From contig NC_057720.1 in the NCBI RefSeq assembly GCF_004010195.1, positions 9,217,164-9,281,163 of the forward strand: a stretch of DNA of 64,000 bases, written 5' to 3'. The notes under the pieces are model-generated. The model did not search any database. It was given only the letters and a program-made list of their open reading frames with translations, and was not told where the DNA came from. The DNA comes from Chiloscyllium plagiosum (taxonomy: Eukaryota). Position numbers and translations under genes: made by a program. Position 1 is the stretch's first letter. Every line of letters begins with the position of its first letter. Shown in pieces: positions 1 through 11,002 of the stretch.

Positions 1-200
1 CACCTTCATCCCCTCCCCCACTCACTCATTGTACTCTATGCTACTTTCTCCCCACCCCCACACTCCTCTAGCTTATCTCTTCACGCTCCAGGCTCACTGC
101 CTTTATTCCTGATGAAGGGCTTTTGCCCGAAACGTCGATTTCGAAGTTCCTTGGATGCTGCCTGAACTGCTGTGCTCTTCCAGCACCACTAATCCAGAAT
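1..200 (+). mobile_element. Penelope-like element 3' terminus (family A tail)
   Basis: C-rich 3' region followed by TTCCTGATGAAGGGCTTTTGCCCGAAACGTCGATT...GGATGCTGCCTGAACTGCTGTGCTCTTCCAGCACCAC. The same tail follows the GIY-YIG-coding PLE at 63020-64000. Confidence 0.8.
109..136 (+). ncRNA. Minimal type-I hammerhead ribozyme motif (intact core)
   Basis: CTGATGA-A-GGGC-TTTT-GCCC-GAAAC-GTC: conserved core, 4-bp stem II, palindromic ACGT stem III, GUC triplet. Confidence 0.8.
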
Positions 201-895
201 CTCTATTCCTCTAAATCCTCCCTATTCATATACCCATCTAGATGTCTTTTAAATGCTGCAATTGTACCAGCCTCCACCATTCCCTCTGGTAGCTCATTCC
301 ATACACGCACCACTCTCTGCGTGAAAAGGTTGCCTTTGAGGTCTCTTTTAACTCTTTCCCCTCTCACCTTAAACCTATGTTCTCTAGTTGTGGACTCCCC
401 CATCCCAGAGAAAATACCTTATCGATTTACTCTATCCACGCCCCTTATGATTGTATGAACCTCTATAAGGTCACCACTCAGTCCCCATCACTCCAAGGAA
501 AACAGCTCCAGTCTATTCAGCCTCTCACTATAGCTCAAGCCCTCTAACCCTGGCAACAACCTTGTAATTATTTTCTGAACTCTTTCAGGCTTCACAATTG
601 CTTCCTATAGCAGGGAGAACCAAACTGCACACAATGTTCTAAAAGTGGCCTAACCAATATTTGTACAGCTGCAACATGACCTCCCAACTCCTGCACTTAA
701 TGCTATGACCTATAAAGAAAGGCATACCAAATGTCTTCTTCACTATTATATCAACCTGTGACTCCACTTTCAAAGAACTATGAAGCTGCACTCCAAGGTC
801 TCTTTGTTCAACAAACACCCCTCAGGACCTCACCATTAAGTGTATAAGTCCTGCCCCCATTTGCCTTTCCAAAAAGCAGCACCTCACATTTACCT
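201..895 (-). mobile_element. CR1/HER1-type LINE 3' fragment
   Basis: ORF 203-403(-) reads TREHRFKVRGERVKRDLKGNLFTQRVVRVWNELPEGMVEAGTIAAFKRHLD, a typical CR1 ORF2 C-terminus. Confidence 0.9.
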
Positions 896-1009
896 ATTAA
901 CACATGAAAAAGGGCTCTTCTAGGGGGCTTGTAGCATAGGGTTAGAAACAATGGGCTGTGGCCTTTCCACAGTTCCACATGTTGCAGCTTACTACAACAT
1001 GTGAGAAAA

Positions 1010-2500
1010 AATTGAAGCTGGAAGGAGCATTAGGCCATTCAGCCCCTCAAGCCTGCTCTGCCATTCAGTATGAACATGGGTAATTATCTGTCTAAATACC
1101 ATTTTTCCACAATTATGTTGATTTCCCAACCTGGGGAAATAGTTTTATTGCATTTAGTCCTGTTAGAATTTTATGTTTCAATCAGATCCTCTTTTCTTTA
1201 ATGAGTGAATACAGGCCCAGTAAAACCAATCTTTCCTGTCCTGTCATCCTCAGCATCAACCTGATGAACCTCTGCTGCAATCCATCTGTGGCAATGGGTC
1301 CCTTCCGAGGTAAAAGAACCAACATTGCATGCAATGCTGTAGGTGTGGCCTCACCAAGGCCCTGTATAACTGCAGGAAGACATCACTATTTCCAAATTCA
1401 AATTCATTTGCCTTCCAAATGTTTTGCTGCATCTGCCTGTCTACTTTCAACCAGTGTACAAGGATATACAGATCTCTTTGTACATTCACCATTTTAAAAA
1501 TGTTCTTTCTTCCTGTTTCTCACACTGCAGTGTAGAACTTTGCATTTAACCAAGTTGGACTGCATCTGCCTTGTTCTTTGTCCACTCACTGAACCTGTCT
1601 CAATTACCTTGAAGCCTCCTTGCATCCTCCTCCATTAATTACACTCCTGTTCAGTTGTGTGTCATCAGCAAACTTGGAAACGTTGCATTTGGTTACCGCA
1701 TCCTGGCCATTGATACATATTCAGAATGCTTTCGGCCGAAGCACTGGTCCTCACACTATGCTACAAGTCATTGCCTGCCACTCAGAAAAAGACCCATCTA
1801 TTCCCACTCTCTGTTTCCTGTCTGTCAACCAATTCTCAATCCATGTCAATATAGTACCCCACTCCCCATCCCATGTACTTTCCTTTTGCTCACTAACCTC
1901 TTGTGAAGGAACTTATCAAAAGCTTTTTGAAAATCCAAACACACCACAACCACTGGTTCTGCCTTTTCTATTCTACCAGTTGCCTCCTCAAAGGACTCTA
2001 GTAGATTTGTTGAGCATGATTGTCTTTCATAAACCCATGCTGGTTTTGTCCAATCCTGGTGATGCTTCCCAAATGTTTTGCTATCATATCTTTTATAATA
2101 CACTCTAGCATTATCCCAATCACCGAGGCTAACTGGGCTGTAATTCATTGTTTCTTCTCTCCCCACCCTTTTAAATAATAAAGTTACATTTGCCACCCCA
2201 TCACCAGTAGGAACGTCTCCAGAATCTCCAGAATTTTGGAAGATGACACTCATCCATCCAATATTTCCAGCATCATTTCCTTTAGAACTTTGGGACGTCG
2301 AATATCAGGCCCTGGTGAACAGTTAACCCTTTAACCCCATTCATTTCCTGAACACCATTTATTTGCTGATACTGATCTCTCTCAATCCCACCCTCTCTTT
2401 GGCTCCCTTCAATAGCTGGGAGGATATCTGTACCCTCTCTTGTGAAAACAGAACCGAAGTACGTGTTCAATTCTCCTCCCATTTCTTTGTCTGCCATCAT
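1010..2500 (-). mobile_element. Older CR1 LINE fragment with RT remnant
   Basis: ORF 1846-2253(-) has VANVTLLFK...NYSPVSL...SCSTNLLESFEE...VVCLDFQKAFDK. ORF 1256-1492(-) has LYRALVRPHL. Confidence 0.85.
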
Positions 2501-3035
2501 AAAGTCTCTGGTTATCTTCTCAACACAATTTCCCCACCACCTGCAAACAGCAGTTTAGAAATTCAATGGTGGCCATGCTCACTTTCCAGGTATATTACAG
2601 GCAAGATTGACAAGGATGTTGCCAGGGTTGGAGGATGTGAGCTATAAGGAGAGGCCGAATAGGTTGGAGCAGTTTTCCCTGGAGCATTGGAGGCTGACGG
2701 GTGATCTTATAGAGGTTTATAAAATCATGAGGGGCATGGATAGGGTAAATAGACAAGATCTTTTTCCTGAGGTTGGGGAGTCCAGAACTAAGGAACATAG
2801 GTTTAGGGTGAGAGGGGAAAGATATAAAAGAAACCTAATGGTAACTTTTTCATGCAGAGGGTGGTGCATGTATGGAATGAGCTGCCGGTGGAAGTGATGG
2901 AGGTTAGTACAATTACAGCATTTAAAAGGCATCTGGATGGGTATATGAATAGAACAGGTTTAGAGGGATATGAGCTGAAAATGTGTTGCTGGAAAAGGGC
3001 AGCAGGTCAGGCAGCATCCAGGGAACAGGAGAATC

Positions 3036-3063
3036 GACGTTTCGGGCATAAGCCCTTCTTCAG
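3036..3063 (-). ncRNA. Hammerhead ribozyme motif (intact core)
   Basis: Reverse complement reads CTGAAGA-A-GGGC-TTAT-GCCC-GAAAC-GTC. Confidence 0.75.
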
Positions 3064-3203
3064 GAATGAGGAAAGTTTGTCCAGCAGGCTAAGATAAAAG
3101 GTAGGGAGGAGGGACTTGGGGGAGGGGTGTCGGAAATGCGATAGGTGGAAAGAGGTCAAGGTGAGGGTGATAGGTCAGACGGGGGTGGGGGCGGAGAGGT
3201 CGG

Positions 3204-3508
3204 GAGAAGTTGTTCAGGGTGAGGGCCAGTTCAGTCAGTCGAAGGAGGGTTACGAAGAGGCAGGCATAGCTGGGGCCCATGTGGGTGCCCATGGCTACTC
3301 CTTTGGTTTGGAGGAAGTGGGAGGATTGGAAAGAGAAGTTGTTCAGGGTGAGGGCCAGTTCAGTCAGTCGAAGGAGGGTTACGAAGAGGCAGGCATAGCT
3401 GGGGCCCATGTGGGTGCCCATGGCTACTCCTTTGGTTTGGAGGAAGTGGGAGGATTGGAAAGAGAAGTTGTTCAGGGTGAGGACCAGTTCAGTCAGTCGA
3501 AGGAGGGT
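3204..3508. repeat. 129-bp tandem duplication (2 full copies plus a 47-bp partial) inside the PLE RT
   Basis: Unit GAGAAGTTGTTCAGGGTGAG... starts at 3204, 3333 and 3462. The 43-aa repeat is visible in ORF 3089-3661. Confidence 0.95.
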
Positions 3509-3779
3509 GTCAGTGGAAGGGTACTGGGTGGTACGCCGGGAAAGGAAGAAGTGGAGTGCTTTGAGTCCTTCATGATGGGGGATGGAGGTGTACAGGGACT
3601 GGATGTCCATGGTGAAGATAAGGCGTTGGGGACCTGGGAAGCGAAATGAGGCATGAGGCAAGTGCTGACAAATGGGACTAGATTAATTAAGGATATCTGT
3701 TTGGAATGGACGAGTTGGGACTGCAGGTTCTGTTTCCATGCTGTGCAACTGCATGACTCTCTGACTCTATGACTGATTC

Positions 3780-4095
3780 TTTGATTGACTTGTTGTCATG
3801 TGTACTGAAGTACAGTGAAGAGCTTTGTTAATGAGCTGTAAAAGTAGATTGTTGTAAGCAAGGATGTACAGATCAAAAGGACTTGGACAGAGGGACATAG
3901 GTTACTTTGAACAGGGTGAACACCAGGCGAGATCAATGTTGCAAGATCAGCATTATTTGAGGTTAGAGAGTCCATTCATCAATCTGGTAATGACTGGGAA
4001 GAAGCTGTTCCTGTTGATGCATGTGTTCAGGCTTCTGTATCTTCTGCCTGGTGGAAGAGGTTGTAGGAGAGCATTACCGGGGTGCGATGGGTCTT
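3780..4095 (-). mobile_element. Rex1/Babar-like LINE 3' tail
   Basis: Reverse-complement similarity to the 3' end of the element at 13095-14400 (AACAGCTTCTTCCC, TACATGACAA motifs). Confidence 0.6.
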
Positions 4096-4446
4096 ACGAT
4101 GAAAATCACAACACTTGCTTTGAAAAAGTACAGGAGTTCCTTCTACTGTCTTTGGCTTTTAAAATATCCCTTTTCACATTTCAGTCCACAATGGGAAATG
4201 CAGCAAAATAAAAAGATGCAGTTTTTACAGAAAGTACAGTCAGAGGAACTTAAGTGAGTTACTCCAAAGTGTACTCACTGCTGTCACAGTGAGTCAGTGA
4301 TGGAAGGAGTGGATGTTTAAAATATGCTTATCAAAAAAGCAGCCCTATCCTGGATAGAGCTGGGTTTCTTGAATATTGTTGAGTTACACACATTCAGGTA
4401 TGTGGATTGTCCGAAGGAAACCTACACAAAGTCGAAGTGATAGAAT

Positions 4447-4577
4447 ACTGGGGTATTCCTGTCTTTGATGACTCAGCCCAGGATGTTCTGTGGGATTTCT
4501 CCTTGACATTTGTTCTTGGATTGTGGAGACAAAGCATTCCATCTTTTCTTGGAGCAGAATGTAAACAGAATCTTTTT
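4447..4577 (+). repeat. About 130-bp direct repeat, copy 1 (copy 2 at 6593-6722)
   Basis: ACTGGGGTATTCCT...GGATGTTCTGTGGGATTTCT...AAAGCATTCCATCTTTTCTT...CAGAATGTAAA is shared with 6593-6722. Confidence 0.85.
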
Positions 4578-5354
4578 CTGCATAGGTCATTATAACTATG
4601 GTAAGGCAAATTTAAAGTGTCAGATACCGAGGATTGGTTCAGAATAATCTTAAGAAAGGGGGAGAATAAATTATTGAAACTGTGTTTCGAACACACATAC
4701 TTACATAGCCACTACTGAGGGCCTGGAGGTAACTGAAATAGCACTGAAGGTAAGCAGAAGATGAGCAGGCATTCAAAATGACAGCGTTGACAGTGCCTGA
4801 AGTTCCTCAGCAGGTGCGCTATCTGGAGTGTGGCGTTTTCAGCAGTGACAAGAGAGAGAGATGGATTTGTGCATCTTTCAAACATTCTCCATATGCCAGT
4901 GAGGGATTATTTACACCCTGCAGCCCTTTAACTATCCATACCTGCATTGTGTCAGTGCCAATTGCGCAATGATAGTGACAGTATTGCGTGTGATTGCCTG
5001 GCCCTGTGAATACTAATATCAAGGAAAATATTCTGCGTTAATACTAAGTGGCAAGCAGAAAAATAAAGACTATAGATATGGGAACATTCAGTCCAGTGCT
5101 GCTGTTGGTAAATTTAAGTAAGAAGTTATTTCTACAATAATATGGTTGCCATTATATTCTACCCTCTGTGATAATTTTGTAGGTTTGAAAGCTCCTGGTG
5201 GTCAGGACATTTCATTGCAAGGTTCCAATTACAGATAGTAAAACTAAGTAAGTTCCTTTAATAATCTAAAATTTATCTTCACTAAAGTTTTACACTGACA
5301 ATAACTTTGACGAGGTGGGTTTATCTTACCAAGGAGCAGATATTGTCAAACTAT

Positions 5355-5677
5355 GGGCGGCACAGTGGCTCAGTGGTTAGCACTGCTGCCTCACAGTGCC
5401 AGGGACCCACATTCAATTCCAGCCTCGGGCGACTGTCTATGTGGAGTTTGCACATTCACCCCTTGTCTGCGTGGGTTTCCTATGGGTGCTCCTGTTTCCT
5501 CCCACAATCCAAAGATGTGCAGGTCAGGTGAATTGGCCATGCTAAATTGTCCATAATGTTAGGTGCATTAGTCAGTGGGAAATGGGTCTGGGTGGGTTAC
5601 TCTTCAGAGGGTCGGTGTGGATTTGTTGGGCCGAAGAGCCTGTTTCCACACTGTAGGGAATCTAATCTTAAAAAAAG
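5355..5677 (+). mobile_element. HE1-type tRNA-derived SINE
   Basis: GGGCGGCACAGTGGCTCAGTGGTTAGCACTGCTGCCTCACAG head (Pol III A box), conserved central domain, AATCTAATCT tail. Confidence 0.9.
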
Positions 5678-5778
5678 TTTACCCTGTTTCTCTCTCCACA
5701 GATCTGCTGAGATTTTATAGCAAAGTTTGCTTTGTTTCAGAGCTCTTAACACGTTTTGTTACTCATTAAGTCTACAAC

Positions 5779-5845
5779 GATTTTCCTGCTCTTCGGATGC
5801 TGCCTGACCGGCTGTGCTTTTCCAGTACAACTCTAATCTTGATTG
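5779..5845 (+). mobile_element. PLE family A tail fragment starting at the predicted cleavage site
   Basis: Begins (C)GATTTTCCTGCTCTTCGGATGCTGCCTGACC with no upstream hammerhead core. Confidence 0.65.
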
Positions 5846-5885
5846 TTTGCCTTACCAGTAGAAATTACCATGATGGACTATCTTG

Positions 5886-6196
5886 ATTAGATTAAATTAC
5901 CTTCAGTGTAGAAACAGGCCATTCGGCCCAACCAGTCCACACTGATCCTCCGAGGAGTAACCCACCCAGACCCATTTCCCTCTGACTAATGCAACCTAAC
6001 ACTATGGGTAATTTAGCATGGCCAATTCACCTGACCTGCATATCTTTGGATTGTGGGATGAAACCGGAGCACCCGGAGGAAACCCACGCAGACACGGGGA
6101 GAATGTGCAAACTCCACACAGACAGTCATCCGAGGCTGGAATCGAATCTGGGACCCTGGTGCTGTGAGGCAGCAGTGCTAACCACTGAGCCACCGT
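5886..6196 (-). mobile_element. HE1-type SINE
   Basis: Full reverse-complement copy, from the GATTAGATT tail to the AACCACTGAGCCACCG head. Confidence 0.9.
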
Positions 6197-6379
6197 ACAA
6201 CCTTTTTCCACCTGTCCCCTAGCCTGGGGTGTTGTGACTCTGTAATGAAAAATCAGTCCTCTGGTTAGGTAGAATGATGGTGACTTTCCCTTTCGTGATT
6301 AAAAAAGATCCCAGAGAAAGGGTAGCTTTTCTTGATGTCAATAGCAAAGGAAGAGAAAGCATGACAAAATGAGACATAA

Positions 6380-6535
6380 GAAAAGCAAAATACTGCACAT
6401 GTTGGAGATCTGAAATAAAAACAAAAAGTACTGGATAAACTCAGCAGTTTTGGCATCATCTGTGAAGAGAGAAGCAGAATGAAGACCTGAAGAAGAGTCA
6501 TCATGGATCCGAGACATTAACCATCTTTCTTCACA
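6380..6535. mobile_element. PLE family B tail, partial fold-back with degenerate hammerhead
   Basis: AAATACTGCACATGTTGGAGATCTGAAATAAAAACA...AACTCAGCAG, then CTGAAGAAGAGTCATCATGGATCCGAGACATTAAC. Confidence 0.55.
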
Positions 6536-6592
6536 AGGGAACACAATTGAGCATTCTGCCACGAGAACTATACATGTACCAGACTAATGTAC

Positions 6593-6722
6593 ACTGGGGT
6601 ATTCCTATCTTTAATGATTCAGTCTAGGATGTTCTGTGGGATTTCTTTTTGGCTGCGTTCCTGCGTTGTGGAGATAAAGCATTCCATCTTTTCTTAGAAC
6701 AGAATGTAAATAGAATCATTAT
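6593..6722 (+). repeat. About 130-bp direct repeat, copy 2
   Basis: Matches 4447-4577 with scattered transitions and an indel. Confidence 0.85.
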
Positions 6723-6739
6723 TTCTATGTACGAAGAGA

Positions 6740-7135
6740 ATCTAGATTTAATAGGCCGATATCACTGGAGTTTAGAAGAATGAGGAGGGGACTTCCCAGA
6801 AACCTATGAAATTCTAAGAGGAGTTGACAAAGTAGATGCAGGAAGAATGGTCCTGATGACCAGAGAGTCCAAAGCCAGGGGTGAAAGTTTAAGGATATGG
6901 GGTAGATCATTTTGGACTGAGGTGGGGTGGATTTTCTTAACGCAGAGAGTGATGAACTTGTGTAATTCTCTGCCACAGAACGTGTTTGAGGTTAAAATGT
7001 TGAATGTTTTTGTGAAGGAGTTAGATATAGTTCTTCAAGCTAAAGGGCTGAAAGAGTATGGGGTGAAAGCAACTGAGTTAAATGATCAGTAGGATTGAAT
7101 GGTGGAGCAGGTTCAAAGGGTTGAATGTTTCTATG
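6740..7135 (+). mobile_element. CR1 LINE 3' fragment
   Basis: SLEFRRMR...FLTQRVMNLCNSLPQ...KELDIVL, plus CR1 3' UTR. Confidence 0.8.
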
Positions 7136-7264
7136 TTTACTCAACACATGAATCCTTCAATATTCATTATATTATTTCCACTTGAATGTTTCATTATTAT
7201 GGATGAACATATAAGTCAGTCATGCCTGATCTGGCTAACACTACACGTAGAACCACTTTTTTTA

Positions 7265-7750
7265 CTCTGCATGGGACGCAGGTGTTGCTGGCTGGGACAA
7301 CCTTTGCCTAGTTGCCCTTGAGAAGGTGATGGTGCACTACCTTCTTGAACTGCTACAGTGCCTGTGTTCTGGTGCTGAGGTCAATGCAGGTGGTCTCTCT
7401 GGTTTCATTTCTTTGTTGTGACTTTGGAACAATTGATACAACTGAGTTTGCTTGTTTGGCCATTTCAGAGGGCAGTTGAGAGTCAACCATGTTTCTGTGT
7501 GTCTGGAATCACATGTAGCCAGACCAGATAAGGAGAGTATATTCCTCCTCTGAAGCACATTAGTGAACAAGGTAGGTTTATCTGATAATTGACATTGGTT
7601 TCATAATCATCATTAGATTCTTAATTCCAGACAGATTATTGAATTAAGCCTCTACCATCTGCTGGTGCGGGATTTGAACCCATGTCCCCTGAACATTACT
7701 TGAGCCTTTAGGTTAGTAGCCCAGTGATCATACCAGTAAGCCATTGCTGC
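7265..7750 (-). mobile_element. Second tRNA-derived SINE family (other copies near 17030-17370, 22360-22935, 39870-40205, 45715-46060(+), 61340-61720)
   Basis: Shared blocks CTGGAGTCACATGTAGGCCAGACCAGGTAAGG, TCATTAGATTCTTAATTCCAG and the B-box-like GGGATTTGAACC. Confidence 0.7.
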
Positions 7751-7952
7751 CCTGCCAAATAATGTTGGCATTATATTGTTGGCAGTGGCAGGAATCACCT
7801 AGGCTAATGAGTATGACTGTCCACCAACAAAATTCCATGTTACTACTCATGGGTTCCTAGAACCACATCTCTGCCCAGACATTTGGCAGGAATTGACCCT
7901 TGGCCTTGAGATCACTGGTATTCCTTTCTTCAGTTAGCTTTTCTGCATATAG

Positions 7953-8495
7953 GGTCATAGAATCAGAGTTTTTCAGTATGGAGACAGGCCCTTCAGCCCA
8001 AACTGGTCCATGCTGACCAAAATGTCCATCCACAGTAACCCTATTTCCCTGCACTTAGGGCTTATCCTTCTAAACCTTTCCTATCCATTTATTGATCCAA
8101 CTGTCTTTTAAATGTTGTTAGTGTACCCACCTCAACCACTTCCGCTGGCAGCTCATTCTATACGCATACTACCCTCTGTGTAAAAAAGTTACCCCTCAGG
8201 TTCCCATTTATCCTTTCCCCTTTAACCTTAAACTGATAATCTCTAGTCTTCAATTCCCCAAGTCTGGGAAAAGGACGGAGTGCATTCACCCTATCCGTAC
8301 CTCTCATGATCTTGTACATTTTTATGAGATCTTCCCTCAGTCTCCTTCGCTCTAAAGAAAACCATCCTAGCTTGTCCAGCCTCTCCCTATAACTCAGTCC
8401 CTTCAGTCCAGGCAAAATCCTTGTAAAGTTCTTCTGCACTCTTTCCAGTTTAATAACATCCTTCCTATAGCAAGGTGACCAAAACTGATCACAAT
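7953..8495 (-). mobile_element. CR1/HER1 3' fragment
   Basis: ORF 8158-8517(-) has QFWSPCYRKDVIKLERVQKNFTRILPGL...FFTQRVV. Confidence 0.9.
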
Positions 8496-8739
8496 GCATC
8501 TCCTTGATGACTGGCATTCTCTAAGAGTTGTGTCTCTTTGCACATGAATTTCCTTCGAGTTGTTTTTTTCTGAACGGGAATCTCGTTGACATTGACATTT
8601 CTTGAGTAAGGTCTCCAGGGAGTCCATGTAACATTTCCCTTGTCCTCCTCTCGTTCGAGTTGGTCGGAGGAGATTTGTCTCTGGCAGTCAGAACTCAGGC
8701 ATCCTAAACGAGTTAAAGCTATCAGTGGGTGATGCTGAC

Positions 8740-8955
8740 ACACAGCTCAGTTGGCTGGACAGCTGGGTTGTATTGCAGTGTGATGTCAACAGTGTAAGTT
8801 CAACTGCAGCACCAGCTGAAGTTACTGTGAAGGCCCTGATTTCTCAACCTCACCCCTCGCCTGAGGTAAGGTGACCCACAGGTTAAACTCACTACAAGTT
8901 GTCTATCTGTATTGAGAGAAGAGCCTTATAGTCTTCTGCAGCTATGGTAACTTCA
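8740..8955 (+). mobile_element. Probable tRNA-derived SINE (related copy at 33830-33955)
   Basis: AGCTCAGTTGG A-box-like head. CACCAGCTGAAGTTAC...CAGGTTAAAC is shared with 33830-33955. Confidence 0.5.
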
Positions 8956-9059
8956 TCTTTTCCTTAGGTAATGAGGAAGCTTGCCTACCTCAGCACACTC
9001 AACCTCCTCTCTCAGTAGTAGCAAAGCTTGAAATAGTAACATCCCTTCTCTGACTTACG

Positions 9060-9880
9060 GAGTCATAGAGTCATACAACATGGAAACAGACCCTTCGATT
9101 CAACTCATCCACGCTGACCAGACATCCCAATCTGACCTAGTCCCATTTGCCAGCATTTGGCCCATATCCTTCTAAACCCTTATTCACATACCCATCCAGA
9201 TGCCTTTTAAATCTTGTAATTGTACCAGCCTCCATTACTTCCTCTGGCAGCTCATTCCATACACGCACCACCCTCTGCATGAAAATGTGACCCCTCAGGT
9301 CCTATTTAAATCTTTTCCCTCTCACCTTAAACCTATGCCCTCTAGTTTTGGACTGCTGACCCAAGCAAGAAAACCTTGGCTATTCATCTATCCAAGTCCC
9401 TCATGATTTTATAAACCTCTCTAAGGTCACTCCTCAGCCTCCGACCCTTCAAGGAAAAAAGTTTCTCCCTATAACTCAAGTCCTTTAGTCCTGGCAACAT
9501 CCTTGTAAATCTTTTCTGGACCCTCAGGTTTAATACCATCCGTCCTATAGATGTGTGACTAGAATTGTGCACAGTATTCTAAAAGTGGCCTCACTTATAT
9601 CCTGTATTGCCACAACAATATATCCCAGCTCCTATACTCCTGAACAATGAAGGCAAAGGTGTCAAACACCTTCTTCATCACCCACTCTATCTTCGACTCC
9701 ACTTTCAAGGAACTATGTACCTGCACCGTTGGGTGTCTTTGTTCAGCAATACTCCCCAGGGCCCTACTTTTAACTGTGTAAGTCCTTCCCCGGTTTACCT
9801 TACCAAAGTGCAACACCTCATATTTACCTAATTAAACTCCAACTTCCACTCCTTGACCTATTGGTCCAATTAATCAAAAT
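9060..9880 (-). mobile_element. CR1/HER1 3' fragment
   Basis: ORFs 9384-9572(-) RVQKRFTRMLPGL and 9595-9816(-) LHFGKVNRGRTYTV. Confidence 0.9.
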
Positions 9881-10014
9881 CCTTCCTTATTAAAATAGAC
9901 AGTGAGCAAGATAAGGCTCACCAACCAGTTTATAAACTACTGTCACAGACGTGATAGTAAATTTCTCACATTATGAGATAGCGGGCAATTCCTTTCCACT
10001 GATAGACTTTGTTG

Positions 10015-10398
10015 CTGCATGCCTGTGTCGTGTCTCTGTGTGTGCATCGATATGTGTGCACACGTGTTTGCTATGTACATTTGTGTGTGTATACATGCAT
10101 GCCTGCATGTGTATGTGTGTGCGTTCACATGTGTGTGCGTGCATGCATGTGTGCGCCTATATGTGTGTGTTTGTATGCATGTGTGTGTATGCATATATGT
10201 GTATGTTTGTGTGCATGTATGTGTACACGCGTATGTGTCTGCACTCATGTGTGTGTGCGTATATGTGTCTGTGTGTGTGCACGTATATGCGTGTGCGTGT
10301 GCATATACGTGTATATTTGTGTGCATGTGTGTGCGTGCGTATGTGTGTGTGTTTATGCGTATATGTGTGTGCCCGCGTGTGTGTGTGTGTGTGTGTGT
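10015..10398. repeat. Compound (TG/CA, TA, CG) alternating purine-pyrimidine microsatellite
   Basis: About 380 bp of TGTGTGCATGTATG-type repeats. It explains the C/V- and T/H-rich ORFs. Confidence 0.97.
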
Positions 10399-11002
10399 CA
10401 CTCTCCACTCTGTCACTACTCCACTCACATTTTCTAGTCATAGCAAACCTGAATTTATTTGTGTCAAGATCAGTTGCAAGACATTGAGCTTTAGTCGATG
10501 AGGCATCTCATTTCTCAAACGCTTGATGAGAAATGAAAATGTATTAGTGATATATTATTGACTACATCTCCATGAAAACGAATGATAATCAGTTCCTAAA
10601 ATGAGTACACTGTTTATTTGTGGTGTTCCCACTGGATCTAATGTTTATAACTGCATTAAAACTTCAGATTTGGAAACTATGGTAATTTTTCTGCCACCAT
10701 TATCCCTTGGCACTTCTGTAATTTTATTTTGTGTTTGCACGTTAAGCAACAGGAGCAAGCCGATGCAGGCAACTGAATTATAAGTTGTGCTTGAAGTGAG
10801 CTTGTGGGCAACATGAATACAATCTTTCAGCAATGGAGATACCTCACGGATCCCAGCTCAGAGCAGAGAAGCTGCATGTCAACTCAATGGCACAGCAAGA
10901 GCTACTGGATCTATAACACAGAAACCCATCCCTCATGGTGTAGTGGTAGTATCCCTAGCTATGGAGCAGGAGGCTCAGGTTCCCAAAGTGTGCAATAACA
11001 TT

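Larger units (their letters stand above)
2972..3652 (-). mobile_element. Internally deleted Penelope-like element: RT fragment joined to 3' tail
   Basis: ORF 3089-3661(-) has IFTMDIQSLYTSIPHHEGLKAL...LTLNNFSF...FLQTKGVAMGTHMGPSYACLFV (PLE RT motifs), followed by the family A tail with a hammerhead. Confidence 0.9.
2598..3775 (+). mobile_element. CR1/HER1 3' fragment split by a PLE insertion (2972-3652)
   Basis: TRMLPGLEDVSYKER...GDLIEVYKIMRGMDRVN...RVVHVWNELP. CR1 3' UTR resumes at about 3653 (GCAAGTGCTGACAAATGGGACTAGATT). Confidence 0.85.

Noticed and set aside
5355..5430. tRNA-like sequences with A/B boxes (also at 15598, 26969, 47030)
   Set aside because: They are SINE heads, not tRNA genes.
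9943..10501. Long Cys/Val- and Thr/His-rich ORFs (up to 178 aa)
   Set aside because: They are translations of a dinucleotide microsatellite, open in many frames.
10508..10536. 10-bp inverted repeat TCATTTCTCA...TGAGAAATGA
   Set aside because: Too short and isolated to distinguish from chance.
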